DNA from: Batkoa obscura
Taxonomy: Eukaryota
Assembly (NCBI GenBank): GCA_030770535.1
Contig: JASVEC010000191.1
Location: forward strand, 1 to 33,754
Length of the DNA stretch: 33,754 bases
Direction of reading: 5' to 3'
This document shows positions 10,831 through 23,234 of this stretch, one piece after another. Position 1 is the stretch's first letter, and every line of letters starts with the position of its first letter. The notes below the pieces were generated by a model. The model saw nothing but the letters and a program-made list of their open reading frames with translations, was not told where the DNA came from and did no database searches. The position numbers were made by a program, and so were the translations under genes.

Positions 10831-11550
10831 TCATAGTTCAATCTTAAATAAGGATACCATTTTTTTATCTTCAGAATATAGGGTATTATGAACTGGACAT
10901 TCTAATAAAAACGTGGATGCTAATAACCTATTATTTTCCTGCGGAAGATAAGACAGAGGTGAATTTAGATTACTTAATGAAGTCATTGTTTGTGGATTGC
11001 ATTGTGATGAAATACTATTAGCTTCATTATTAATTGCATCGTTATTTGTATTGTTGGCAGTAAGGTTATGTTCATCTGAAGTATCTTTTTTGTAGTAATA
11101 GTCCTTTGGTATATTTATTTGGTTTAAGGGTGAATTTTTAGGACGTAGTAATTTATTATTTTCGGCTTTGGAGTTGTAAAGATAATTAACTAATTGAAAT
11201 TTTCGATTATCTTTTCCTTTAATTGTAAAAGTTCTCTTGATTAAATTGGAAGCTTCATTATTACCAATATCGACATCTTTCTTTTTCTCATAATAAGTAA
11301 AAAAGTTTTTGTAATATCTTGATTTGGACCATGATCGTCCATCCGTCCATCGGGATATATTCGAACTACTTTCTTCCCAAACGAAGCAAACACCTGGCTT
11401 CACTAAACTTTTATTGTTACGATCTAATCTTCTCTTTACTAAACTTAAATGGCCTAGCTTGGAAGCTTCAATAACCATTAGAGCATCTTTAGAATCTTGA
11501 ACGAAACCATGAAATAAATTAAATTTGGAGTTGTTTGAAATATTATTCAT
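10831..11550 (-). CDS. Gti1/Pac2 family (WOPR domain) transcription factor, paralog 1
   Basis: FHGFVQDSKDALMVIEA, VKRRL, GVCFVWEE, RWTDGRSWSKSR, LIKRTF...FQLVNY, and a C-terminal EDKKMVSLF. Confidence 0.92.
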   Translation of the reverse strand: MNNISNNSKFNLFHGFVQDSKDALMVIEASKLGHLSLVKRRLDRNNKSLVKPGVCFVWEESSSNISRWTDGRSWSKSRYYKNFFTYYEKKKDVDIGNNEASNLIKRTFTIKGKDNRKFQLVNYLYNSKAENNKLLRPKNSPLNQINIPKDYYYKKDTSDEHNLTANNTNNDAINNEANSISSQCNPQTMTSLSNLNSPLSYLPQENNRLLASTFLLECPVHNTLYSEDKKMVSLFKIEL

Positions 11551-14500
11551 TTTTTTAATTTGAATTCTAGTTTATTTGCTCTCTATATATACCTCATTGT
11601 GACTCGAGTAATCGGGGGTTGCTCAAGTTCATCCTATTCTTTTAATGGCATGCTTTGTTCCATTTAATTACAGCGAGTTATGATTTAAAGTAGAGGTGCA
11701 TTCAAAAAAAAGATTATTACTAAATTTTGGCTTTTTTTCATATCTTTATTCCACCTCAAATTAACTTTATTCTGTGTTATTACTTATTAATACTTTAGTT
11801 AACCTAATTCATTTAATTTCTAAAATTTGATTGGTTATTAATACCATTTCAATTAGAACAACTTCTATATTTAATTTTATACTTTAAAAAAGTTTAATTT
11901 ATTCTAGAGGACTAAAATATTAATTAATTTTTTTAGATGTGGGAAGTGGAATCCCATTTAATCTTAAATTATAATTGACTAAAGCTAATTTTCTATGGAT
12001 AAGCTACAAAAAAGTAGCTTGTTATAAGCCAATAAATTCATCAAACTCATATTGTTATTAAGCTTTTATTCGATAATATCTTTCTATTCGAAATGTTAAT
12101 AAAATTCAAGTTTATTATTTTACTTCCAAAAATTCGGATTTCATAATTAAAGTTCAATAATAATTCATTATACTAATATTAATACTATAACTCCTTTATT
12201 CAAAATAGTTTCTACATTCTAATTATTCATTTCAATTATCTTAATATCATTATTCAGAGGCTTATACTAATGTAATTTTTAATAATTTCCCCAATTTAAC
12301 AAAATGATTAAAAGCTTAATTTAGTCAATCAATTATTTACAAGAGTTTATTCATTTTTATGGTAGTTTGTTTTCTATAAACAATTAAAATTAAATTAATT
12401 AGAAAAAAAGAATATAGCTCATTATTATTATTATTAAGTTATTAATGTATCTTTATTTTAAGGGTCAAAATAATGACAAAATAGAAGCTTATGAATCTCA
12501 GATAGAGTTACAAATACAGTTAATATATTTTAAGTTAATTTAAATGATAATATAACAGAGGTACTTGAAGTCATTTTGAATAATACAGTAGTATTTTTCT
12601 ATTGTTATAGTCAATAGTAATCGTTATATCATTATATTAAGTTCTTCATTTTATATTTTTATGCTTTATTCTTGGGTTTTATGCATAATGTCATATTAAA
12701 AATAAGGATTAAATAAGGTGATGCGGGATTAGTTTCTTTTTATAAAAGTGGATGTCCAACCATTTTGAAAGTAGCTTATTTTTAAGTATTTTCTATCCGA
12801 ATATCTTTAAACAAAGCACTTAAATTTTTGTGTAATGTGACTAACATTTATTATTCACACTTTCTAGAAATTTACTTCCCAATAACTCTATTGTACAATC
12901 TAATGAATAATATTTCCAGTACTTGATAAAGTAAAAATGACTAAATGATTTACTATCTTAGCAATTTTAAACTATTTTAAGTTTGGTTTTTGTATATTTT
13001 ATTTATTTGTTTTGATTTTATTCAAGCACTACTTTAATTACTATTCAAATAAATAGCCATTTTTATCTAAAAGCATTTAATAAAGTATAAATTAAAAATT
13101 GATAAAGAAAAGGATTTTTATAGTAACTGAATAAATTATTTATACCCGAGATACTTTGATAAAAAATTAAACTACTATATTTTAAATAGTAATGATTTAA
13201 CAAATCTTTTTATCATAATATTGTTTTTCCGCCTGTTTGTGAGTACAAAATGTATAATTAAAGTCCTTTAAAGAATAAACCAATATTTAGATTCAACACA
13301 CAATATCAGTCTCTTTGAAGAATTTACACTTCTTAAATAATAAATGATTTATTGAATTTTTTAAGTGATGATTTTAATATTAAAATAATAGCCAATTATA
13401 GTAGCTTGTTTACTACTAAAATTACATTGAATCATAGTGCTGTGATTACTATTTTTTATTTTACTCTTGTTTTCGGCTTTATTAACTTCCACACCTATTT
13501 AATTGTCGGATACTCATTAAATCTTTGTATACTCAATATAACTTACCATAAAATAAAAAAAACACACCGTAATTCGTAAAAAAGTTAAATAAAAGCATTT
13601 ACTTAGGTAAAAAAAGTATAAACATGTAGAGACATCAACGTTGGAGATATGTAATGATATTATAAATTAATTTCAAAAGAATTCAAAAATAGTATTAACA
13701 TCTTAATGTTGATCAATAAGTTCTATTTAAGTTATAAAATATTGCTATTTTTATTATAAAAGAGTATCACTTTCGTTAGATTATCAATAACTTATTTTAG
13801 AAGAAAAGATAAAGTAAATAAACAAAAGCATTGGAATGTAAATAAGTTTAAAAAGTTATGGGTAACACATATCTTAAATATTTTTATTAAATACACTGAA
13901 TAAATTGTATTTTTCTAGAATGGCAATAACATTTATTTTTAACTTATAACCAATAATCCTTTTTCACTTTTACAATCAAAAACTCAAGCATACTACTACT
14001 TTATAGATTTGGGAAATGAGCTAGGTAACTGACTTTAATAGTACAAGGATTCAATCAGGTAAAAATAAAAAAGATCATGAAGTACTCATTTTATTGTACC
14101 TCTCTCCCTTAATCAAGTAATTAAATCAATGTTTTTGCATCAATAAAACAGCTGGGACCTAACACTATTTTAAGGATTTTAAAAAAATTCTATTATTATA
14201 ATTATGTTCAGCTTTAATTTAAAATTTACTCCATCTTTCCAGAAAATCAGATGCTACACAAAAGGTTTAGAATATGTCTACTTACAAAAAAAAGCTGGGG
14301 AAAAAGAGGTAGATAGAATATTGAAATCCATCCACAAATGTCAGTGACTTTTTATAACTTTTTATAACTTTTTATAGATAAAGAAAATGAAAGTCAAAGG
14401 GATATCAAAGCATAACTTATTAGCCAACTCAAAGTACTTTTATTGATCCTAAAAATGATAGTCATATTACTATCACCTTTTTTGAAATTTTTTTCATTTA

Positions 14501-14839
14501 AAATAAATTTCAAAGATTCAAAGTTTTGAATTTTCATTAATTTATGTAACATCAATCATTCAAGAGTAAAGCCAATTTTAACATCTTAAATTAAATTTAT
14601 GTATTTATATTCTGACTATTTATTATGTTTTAAATGAACCTCATTACTTATTTAAATTTATAAATAACTATAATACTATTTACTTAAAAGAAAGAACTAA
14701 TAATATTAAACTAATATATGAGAGATTCATTATCAAAAAATTTAAGTTTAAATTTCAATAAAAAAACAATTACAAAGTTTAATTCAAAAAAAAGATAATT
14801 TTATTTAATTACAAAAATAAAGTATTAATAAGTATTATA

Positions 14840-15511
14840 TTACAATGAAACTTTAAGCAGTCCTAATTGTCTTTGATCTTCAGCACATCTATTTAGGGGT
14901 AACAAAGGACCATTGAAACTTGGAAATTCACAATAAGTAGCCGATATTAAAGAAGGAGCAAAAGAATGGATATTTGGACTTGAGGTTATATTGCTCTTAG
15001 ATAAACTGTTATGATTTTTATCAAAAGTATCATGTTTACTATAGTTATCAATATTTGATGTATTACATGTAATTTGAAGATGACGAATTTTTTTAATATA
15101 ATAATGAAGTGGGATCTTTATAGTATTTAAATTGGATTGGGATGGAGTTGAAAGTAATTTATTCAAACTTTTGTTTTTATATAAATAATTCACTAATTGA
15201 AATCTTCTATTATCTCTAGTATGAATACTAAATGTTCTTTTCATTAATATCATTTCCTCTCTTTTATCGGATGAAATTTGATAATAGGTAAAAAAATTCT
15301 TATAATATCGAGAAGTACTCCATCGCATACCATCTGTCCATCGTTGCATTTTCAAGCTTTGTTCCCACACATAACAATCACCCACTTTAATTGACTCTCT
15401 TTCTTGTTGAGTTAATCGTTGAGTTATTAGATCGAACTTACCAGTCACTGAGGCCTCTACTATTTTCAAAGCATCCTTACTATCTTTAACGTAACCATTA
15501 AATAATTTCAT
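14840..15511 (-). CDS. Gti1/Pac2 family (WOPR domain) transcription factor, paralog 2
   Basis: FNGYVKDSKDALKIVEA, RLTQQERESIKVGDCYVWE, RWTDGMRWSTSR, LMKRTFS...FQLVNY, and a C-terminal RCAEDQRQL. Confidence 0.92.
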   Translation of the reverse strand: MKLFNGYVKDSKDALKIVEASVTGKFDLITQRLTQQERESIKVGDCYVWEQSLKMQRWTDGMRWSTSRYYKNFFTYYQISSDKREEMILMKRTFSIHTRDNRRFQLVNYLYKNKSLNKLLSTPSQSNLNTIKIPLHYYIKKIRHLQITCNTSNIDNYSKHDTFDKNHNSLSKSNITSSPNIHSFAPSLISATYCEFPSFNGPLLPLNRCAEDQRQLGLLKVSL

Positions 15512-17072
15512 TTTAAATATGTTGTAATCGAATAGAGCTATTGATATTTAATTGAGAAGGATATTATTGAGCTTTTATATTAAAATGATTGACTATAGAA
15601 TGTTTCTCGGTATTAATTTTTATAATGCTATTACCATTAGCATAGATTCGTTTAAAATTAGCTAATATTAAAAACCTTATTATAGAAATAACTGTCATAA
15701 CAAAACTTAATAATAGTTTATTTAAATTATTGGGTTTTATGCTTAAAAATAACCCCCTTTTTTTAAACTATTTTTTTATTTAAAAATTAGTTGGCTTTAT
15801 TAAGTTTCACTTTAATAAACTAAATTTTCACCCTTTCTTTATTTACAATCACCTACTTCTGATTCTTTATTTAGATTATTTGATAATACTGTTTGTATAT
15901 AATAATAATATTATATCGAAAAAACTATTGATTAATAAATAGAAGTATTCTTTTTATTAAATCAAATTGAATTAAATTTAATGTTAAAGTAATTCAACTA
16001 AATACTTTAAATCATTTAGATTTTTAATAATTAATTATTTGTTATATAAGAAATGAACAATCTAAAATTAAGTTTTTTATTCTAAATAATAGCTATCTAT
16101 TTATTGTTACAATGAATCATATTAATTTCATTATCTAATTGGAATGTTATGAAGAACATAACCCATTTGAATGAAGATTTAACTTTATTAGAATTTGAAA
16201 CTATAATAAATTATTGAAACTTTCTATAATTAGTATCTACAAGCAAGTCTTAGACTAGGTTAATAAGGTGTAGTTGACATTTGTAACCTAATATTAGTCA
16301 TTAAAGTTTGATACTTAATCCACTTTTTTAAATTTTAAATTACAATTCAATACTATCCGTTCATTAAGCTAACTAATAGCGAGCTAATTATTACATTAAT
16401 GGACATAGTTAGTTAGTTTATCTATAATTTAATTATCAATTTAGATATTTTCTATCTTAATGATCAATGTAGTGCTACAGCGAATTGTTTCAATCTTAAT
16501 GTCGGATCTCTTGATATTTTAAGTTAAAATATTAAAATTCGATTATTTATTTTTTACTAATAACTGAAGTAGCATAACAATGGTGAACTAAAAAATTGCC
16601 TCAATTTAGAAGCTTCTTTTTAGAATATGACAATTCATGTCTTATAAATTAACGAATATTTTTATAATTAAATAATTTATATTCGAATCTGAATTAAAAC
16701 TCCTATATATCTTTGTCAATTCTAATGAAATTGATTTATAAATGAACAAATAATTAATTTGAAAAAAAAATGAAATAGATATAATAAGATTGCTCTAATA
16801 TTTCAAAGGTTTTAATTTAATTTTTCAATTAAGATCAAGGTAATTTATAGCTGTTACAAATAATTTTGCAATTTCTTTAATATAATTTCTATTGTCAAAC
16901 TTATTTTTGTAACCAATTTCTTAACACTTAATCCTTACATTTCAACTAAATTTTAATAATAAATTCTTTAGTGAGTAGTTAATCGACTCACAAAACAATA
17001 GCAACGATTGTAAGCCAAATTAAGGTTAAAATTTAATTAACTTTCAATCTTATTTTCACTTTTAACATACGA

Positions 17073-17166
17073 TAGTGTATTTTTTTGTTTGAATTTTACT
17101 AGCAATCTTTCCACTCAAATAGTGCTTAAATAATGGAAAAAGTAATAAAATCAAAAAAACATCCCT
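17073..17166 (+). mobile_element. ~98-bp MITE copy (left end eroded)
   Basis: gaattttactagcaatctttccactcaaatagtgcttaaataatggaaaaagtaataaaatcaaaaaaacatccct matches the consensus. Confidence 0.82.
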
Positions 17167-17520
17167 GTTTTTTTATATAGTATTTAATATGAATATTATT
17201 TCATTAAATATAGCACAATAATATATCATTTTTTTGTATTCCATGTTAATAAACTATCCGATATATATTTAATTTTATCTATTTATTAATTTAAAGTATC
17301 ATGAGTTTTAAAGGCTAGTTTTAAAAACTAACAAAAGTGATAGAAGTGACTAAGTTAATAAATACAACTTAAATTAAATAACAAAGGCATATTAAATTAA
17401 TTGAACTAAAAATAAATTACTGATATGAAAAATGAGGTTTGTGTAAATTAAATTATTATTGTTATTAAGTTTTCTTTATCTCTTTAAAAAATAGATTAAC
17501 TATTATAGATTTAAAAATAT

Positions 17521-17645
17521 AAGAATGTTTTTTATAGTTTCATTGCTTTTTCTATTTTTAAGCGCTATTTGAGCGGAAAAATTAGTAGTAAAATTCTTAA
17601 ATACAAAAGTACATCCCCAAATATTAAACGAAAAAATACATCCCC
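17521..17645 (-). mobile_element. Chimeric MITE copy with duplicated terminus
   Basis: TSD ATAT/ATAT. 17556-17628 is the exact reverse complement of 17806-17878, followed by a second ACATCCCC end. Confidence 0.88.
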
Positions 17646-17815
17646 ATATAAATTATTGTTACTCATACTAGTTGAGGAAACGCTTTGAGCTCTAAAAATA
17701 ATTAATATTTTCAAATAAATATTAAATTAAATTATAAAACTTATTTTTAAATTTAAATCTAAATTTAACCTTAAATAATGACCAATAGTTTGAAATTATT
17801 TTTTATTTAATATTT

Positions 17816-17914
17816 GGGGATGTACTTTTGTATTTAAGAATTTTACTACTAATTTTTCCGCTCAAATAGCGCTTAAAAGATGGAAAAAGTGATAAAGTTA
17901 AAAAAAATATCCCT
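17816..17914 (+). mobile_element. ~98-bp MITE copy
   Basis: TSD ATTT (17812-17815) / ATTT (17915-17918). Confidence 0.9.
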
Positions 17915-18165
17915 ATTTTATTCTTTTATTGTTTTTTTAGTTTTTTCAATATTATAAAAGCTTTATTTTTATGCACTTAAACAATTATTATTATTGATAT
18001 TTTTAAACTATATAAATAAAACTTATTTAATAATACATACCCGAATATATTGTTTATGAGTATTATTAATAACTTCATAATTAAATAAAAAGTTGATTTA
18101 TTTTGTTAAAATTCAATAGTTTTATTTATAACTAGTTAAATTCTATTGGTTTCTTTTTATTTACT

Positions 18166-18263
18166 GGGGGTGTTTTTTTAGCTTCATTACTTTTTCCATC
18201 CCTCAAGCACTATTCAAGTGGAAAAGTTGTTAGTAAAATTCTTAAACACAAAAATACATCCCC
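18166..18263 (-). mobile_element. ~98-bp MITE copy
   Basis: GGGGGTGT...ACATCCCC; flanks TACT/TACC. Confidence 0.9.
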
Positions 18264-19968
18264 TACCATTATAATATTTTCATTGAATTTATTATTTATT
18301 TATTTAAATTTAAAATTTTATATTATTATTTTTAGAGTAAATTACAATAATTCAGCTTTTATTATTAATATGATATTTTTTATTAAATCTATTGAATTTA
18401 TATTTATTCTAAACTGTATTAAAGCATCAAAAAATTTTGTAATTGAAATAAGTTACTAAATAGTATGATTTTAATATACTTTATAAATAAAATAAATCAT
18501 ATATACAAAACTTTGATTAAGTTTATTCGATTAAATTAATAAGCTGTTTCAAAACATTTACATTATTTTAATATTAATATATTATTTGCTTTTATATTGT
18601 CAATTATCTTTAAATAGTTAATATAATAATTTTAGTTAACAAAAGTTAATTGCCCATTTTAAATCTAATTTTTGCATTGACAGCATCAATTATAGCTTAA
18701 TAAAATTTATTTTTAGATGAATTTTATCATTATTATAAATAAGTTAAAATAATAGTATAGAAATGCAATAATGATAATATTACTTTATTGTTAAATTAAC
18801 AAAACGGAATTTTAATATTTAAAATAAGTATTTTTATTATTAGATAGTTATCAAATAGTTTATATAAGTTATAATTCCCTTTATTTTTAATAAAAATATT
18901 ATTATTAAATATTTTTATTTAAATAATCAAATGATTAAATATTTCATAATTTATAGTTATTTAGTGTCACTCTTTAATCTATTTAGAATGAACAAATCAT
19001 TAATTTGGGATTTATTCTTACCAAAATTACTTAGCATTTTGTAGAATCAAATAAATTATTGATTTCATTCTATTTCACTTAGTTTTTAAAGCTATTTCCG
19101 ATAATATGAGTTTGACTTATGATGGACTAGAACTTTTTTTTATAGTATTAATAATGTAATTGAAAGATAAATTGGAAAGTGAAAAATAAAAGTTAAAAAT
19201 AAATGCGTAGTAATAATAAGAGTTTGATCACTAAACTAATTTTATAAGCTAGATATTTTCATATTCAAATTACTATACTATTTGTATAACTTACTCCTTA
19301 AATTTAAGAATAATAAATAAATACTCATTAATTCTCTCATCGATTGTTATATCCTTATGTTTAAGTATTAAAACATAATGTTTTATAATAATTATAATAT
19401 GTATGAATATATATGAATGATAAGTATATGAGTTCAATATATTAAGGATAAAAAAGTTAACAAACCATTAAATGTTCTTACCCCTTACAATTTAACCGCT
19501 AAAATAATAAAATAAGATACATAAAATTTATAAAACTTTGCCAATCTGTTGAGTTAATAATACCACAATAAAATCTTTAAAATTTATTAATTTATTTAAT
19601 ATATTAACTTAGTAGAACTTAATAATAAACAAAATAATTGAGATAAAAGGTATTTTAAGTTTAATTTTATTTATATTCTGATTGTCAAAATAGGGTGATA
19701 AATGAATTATGATTAAAAAAGTTCTAAAAAAAAGGTAGTAAAGTAACTAAAAATAGAATAGTAAGGGTGTAGATATTAGAAAAAATAAGTTTCAGCTGTT
19801 AAATCAAATGGTAAGCCAAGTTCAAAATAAAATTGTTTTATTTGTTAAAAATAATTATGATAACTATCAATTTTCGAATCCTTAAACCTTACACTATTCT
19901 TGAAATAGAAGAGTATAAATACTATTCAATTAACTACTTTGATTCTATTTAAATTTATAAATAATATT

Positions 19969-20439
19969 ATGACTTCGTATTATACTCCCTCTAAGCCCAT
20001 TGAAATCCAGGGACGAGTAACTTTAGATAAAAAGAAAAAGAATAATCTAAAGTTGAACCCAAGTTGGAAACAATTCAGTAATAGTATTGAAAGTGAAAAG
20101 TCTAAATGGATGAATTTATTATCTCCCACTTCCTTATCCCCCAAGAACAGCTTTCTGACAACTGCTAAAAAAGAAAAGTATATTCATTCAGCACCAAGTT
20201 CACCAAAAAGTTTAGCTAGTGCTTGTTCACCTAAAGAAATGTTAATATCTGAAAAAGTATTAAGTGAACAAGAGATTGATATTTTAAATAGTAATGAATT
20301 TGATGATGTAATTCAATTTGGTTATCGTATTAATGAACACGGTTTCACTCAATTTACTCCAACTATTAAATTATCTTTAACTCCTTCTAAATTGAATAAC
20401 AATTATCCAAGAAGATCTTTAGTTTGGCCTTATGAGTAA
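19969..20439 (+). CDS. Hypothetical Ser/Pro-rich protein (156 aa from the first ATG)
   Basis: The ORF track starts at TTG 19939; the first ATG is 19969, with TATAAA upstream. Several SP/SPK sites and a C-terminal PTIKLSLTP motif; no family assigned. Confidence 0.72.
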   Translation: MTSYYTPSKPIEIQGRVTLDKKKKNNLKLNPSWKQFSNSIESEKSKWMNLLSPTSLSPKNSFLTTAKKEKYIHSAPSSPKSLASACSPKEMLISEKVLSEQEIDILNSNEFDDVIQFGYRINEHGFTQFTPTIKLSLTPSKLNNNYPRRSLVWPYE

Positions 20440-21348
20440 TTAGGATTCTAATACTGATTAGATACTTTTTTTTAATAGCATTATCTTCATTCATTCCTAT
20501 TTGATCTATAGTTCTTATTTAATTCCTAGTAGCATTCGCATTCGCATTCAATTACCATCTTTTGTAAATTATTTTGTTCTTTATTTTGAAATAAATCTGT
20601 ATTAACAGTAATCTTTTATTTTCAATCCTACTAAAACATTAAATTCTAAAATAAACTTTTATATTTAAGCCATGTTAAACATCTTCTTCAAAAGTAAAAC
20701 ATTTTATCCCCTTAAGAAAATAGATGAAAACTAGAGGCAAATAAATCAATTTTTTTTAGATAAAGCTCATCTTCAAGTCATTCTTTTTTCAAATCAACTG
20801 GTTCTAGACCTTTCGAATTAGTAAGTTTATTACAAACTAAGACATTGAGATTTATCTATTTTCATAATAATCATTGACAAGGTATTAGAAAGTCCAAGTT
20901 AACCACAATTGATGAAAAAGGATGGTCACTATGATTACTTTCTAAGTCAAAAAAGAGGGTGTTTTATATTCAATAAAAATATTCATTTGCTTCAAATCAA
21001 GTTTTAATTATAAATCATTGTTTTTAAAGTAAGCAAAATAAGCTTAATCTATTTCAAAACTAGCTAGAAATCTACCAATTTCAAGATTTGTAATAATAGT
21101 TACTAAATATATAAGCTATCCTCTATCTTGTTATTTTCCATGCAACACATTAAAAACTTAGTTTAACATTGTTTACATCAATTCTTCGATTTTAATAAAA
21201 ACTTCATACTAGGATTGATAGATTCCATTATTCAATTTATAAACACATTCTTTCATTTTTCTAGCCTAAAATTCAAAAAAATGTTTAAAGTCTCCAATTA
21301 AAATTTGAAGGGTATATTAGCAATTTTTAATTTTTTATATGCAATAAA

Positions 21349-21430
21349 GTCAATTTGGCCGAGCGGTCTAAGGCGTTGCACTTAAGATGCAATCTCGAGA
21401 GAGGCGTGGGTTCGAACCCCACAGTTGACA
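21349..21430 (+). tRNA. tRNA-Leu(TAA)
   Basis: GTCAATT/AGTTGAC acceptor stem; TTGCA-CT TAA GA-TGCAA anticodon arm; long variable arm; GGTTCGAACCC T-arm; discriminator A. Confidence 0.96.
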
Positions 21431-21732
21431 ACCATTTTGTATTTTTAATACATAGAATCCTAAATTTATAAGATGCATATTTTTTTTTAGCTAATTCGGA
21501 TGATGTATTTTATCTCAAACATGGATCTAGATTTAAATTAATTGAAATATTATTTCTTTTAACCTTTTTAATAAGTGTTTATTTTTAAATTTAAAATATT
21601 AGTTAATATTTTTCTGCAAAACTTTATTCATTTAAACATGTATTATCACCATAGTTAATGTCTGAATAGGTTTAATTTTTTATATATAATAAATTAAGTT
21701 TTTTAGTAAGAATAATAACTATTTAAATACTT

Positions 21733-21839
21733 GGATATATTTTTATGTTTAAAAGTTTTACTAAAAATTTTACTAACAATTTTTCCATTCAAATAGCGCT
21801 TAGAAACATAAAAAGTGATGAAACCAAAAAAGTATCTTC
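21733..21839 (+). mobile_element. MITE copy with internal ~12-bp tandem duplication
   Basis: TSD ACTT (21729-21732) / ACTT (21840-21843); aaaagttttact-aaaaattttact duplication. Confidence 0.82.
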
Positions 21840-22002
21840 ACTTATTAATCAAAAGAAAAAAATTCATAATAAAAAAATAAACTAATATACTAAATATAAA
21901 AATGTTTATTGTTTTATTGAAGAATACTCCAAAAGCATTATGAATTATTATTTATTAGTTTCTATTTAATATTAATTGACTAAAGGTGAGTAAATAATAT
22001 AT

Positions 22003-22100
22003 AGGGATGTATTTTTATGTTTAACAATTTTACTAACAATTTTTCCACTCAAATAGCGCTTAAAAGATAGAAAAAGTAATGAAGCCAAAAAAACATCCCC
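22003..22100 (+). mobile_element. ~98-bp MITE copy
   Basis: AGGGATGT...ACATCCCC, TSD ATAT/ATAT. Confidence 0.92.
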
Positions 22101-22354
22101 ATATAAATATTAAATTTAATAAAACCAAAATAAATATTTAATAAGTTGTATGCATTATTTATTTAAACTTTATAACAGTAAATTAAATGCTAATATGGTT
22201 TTATAATGTTATATTAACATTCATTTCATATTATTATCAAAACCTATTAACTAAAAGCTTATTATTTTATTACCATTAACTTAATGTGTAAATATTTAGA
22301 ATAATATAAAATAAAAATAAAACTAAAAAGTAAATATAATAAAAAACTAAATAT

Positions 22355-22452
22355 GGGGGTGTTTTTTCGACTTCATTACTTTTTCTATCTTTTAAGCGCT
22401 ATTTGAGTGGAAAAATTGTTAGTAAAATTGTTAAACACAAAAATACATCCCC
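22355..22452 (-). mobile_element. ~98-bp MITE copy
   Basis: GGGGGTGT...ACATCCCC, TSD ATAT/ATAT. Confidence 0.92.
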
Positions 22453-23200
22453 ATATGATATCTGTGGAATCTGACACTGAGTGATTGGAGTCAATAACAG
22501 CTATTACCTAGTTGACTATAGTATAAGCTGAGAGGTCTTAGTTTATGTGACTAAGATAGACTTGGATTATGAAGAATAGCACGTAATAGGTTACAAGCTA
22601 TATAAAACAAATAGAATAGACAATACTAATGTAAAATCTATTATATTTGTCTTACATAGTCTGTAGTGTGAAATATCACTTTGTCAGTCCCATGGTTAAT
22701 TATAGCATAACAATCGCCTAAGCTGTTGTGTTCTTGAGCTCAGAGAAAATCAATCCTACGTTCTTAGTTTGATTTGCTATGAGAATTTCTAGCTCCATCC
22801 CAAAAAATATTATCTTCTCATTTTGATATTTATACTTTTCAGAGTATAAAAGAGTTTACAGGGTATAGTTCGAGGCTTTTTAACTGAATTATTCCCTGAT
22901 ATCTCGAACATTTAATAAAGCCACTAAGTTTTCTTAATAGTATTTTACGTAGGTTTACATTAGTATTGTCTATTCTATTTGTTTTATATAGCTTGTAACC
23001 TATTACGTGCTATTCTTCATAATCCAAGTCTATCTTAGTCACATAAACTAAGACCTCTCAGCTTATACTATAGTCAACTAGGTAATAGCTGTTATTGACT
23101 CCAATCACTCAGTGTCAGATTCCACAGATATCATATGGGGATGTATTTTTGTGTTTAACAATTTTACTAACAATTTTTCCACTCAAATAGCGCTTAAAAG
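22389..23200. repeat. Perfect 247-bp inverted repeat (22389-22635 / 22954-23200) with 318-bp spacer
   Basis: No mismatch was found between the arms by eye. Each arm is part of a MITE plus about 180 bp of non-MITE flank. Confidence 0.95.
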
Positions 23201-23234
23201 GTGGAAAAATAACGAAGCCAAAAAAAACACCTCT
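23137..23234 (+). mobile_element. ~98-bp MITE copy
   Basis: GGGGATGT...ACACCTCT, flanks ATAT/ATAT. Confidence 0.92.

Noticed and set aside
13352..13579. 75-aa hydrophobic ORF
   Set aside because: TTG start, composition expected from AT-rich noncoding DNA, no motif.
14347..14377. Short tandem repeats: ACTTTTTATA x3 here; also (AAT)n at 5632-5655, GCATTC x3 near 20532, and a ~25-bp duplication at 4709/4799
   Set aside because: Ordinary slippage products with no further structure.
16100..16700. Coding-like decayed stretches (also about 14230-14350, 20700-21300 and 28740-29050)
   Set aside because: Many stops and no motif that could be assigned with confidence; a translated search would be needed.
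9292..18263. Inverted MITE pairs as long TIRs of larger MULE-like composite elements
   Set aside because: TSDs match within single units rather than across pairs (outer flanks ATAT vs ATGT, ATTT vs TACC), and there are no 9-bp duplications.
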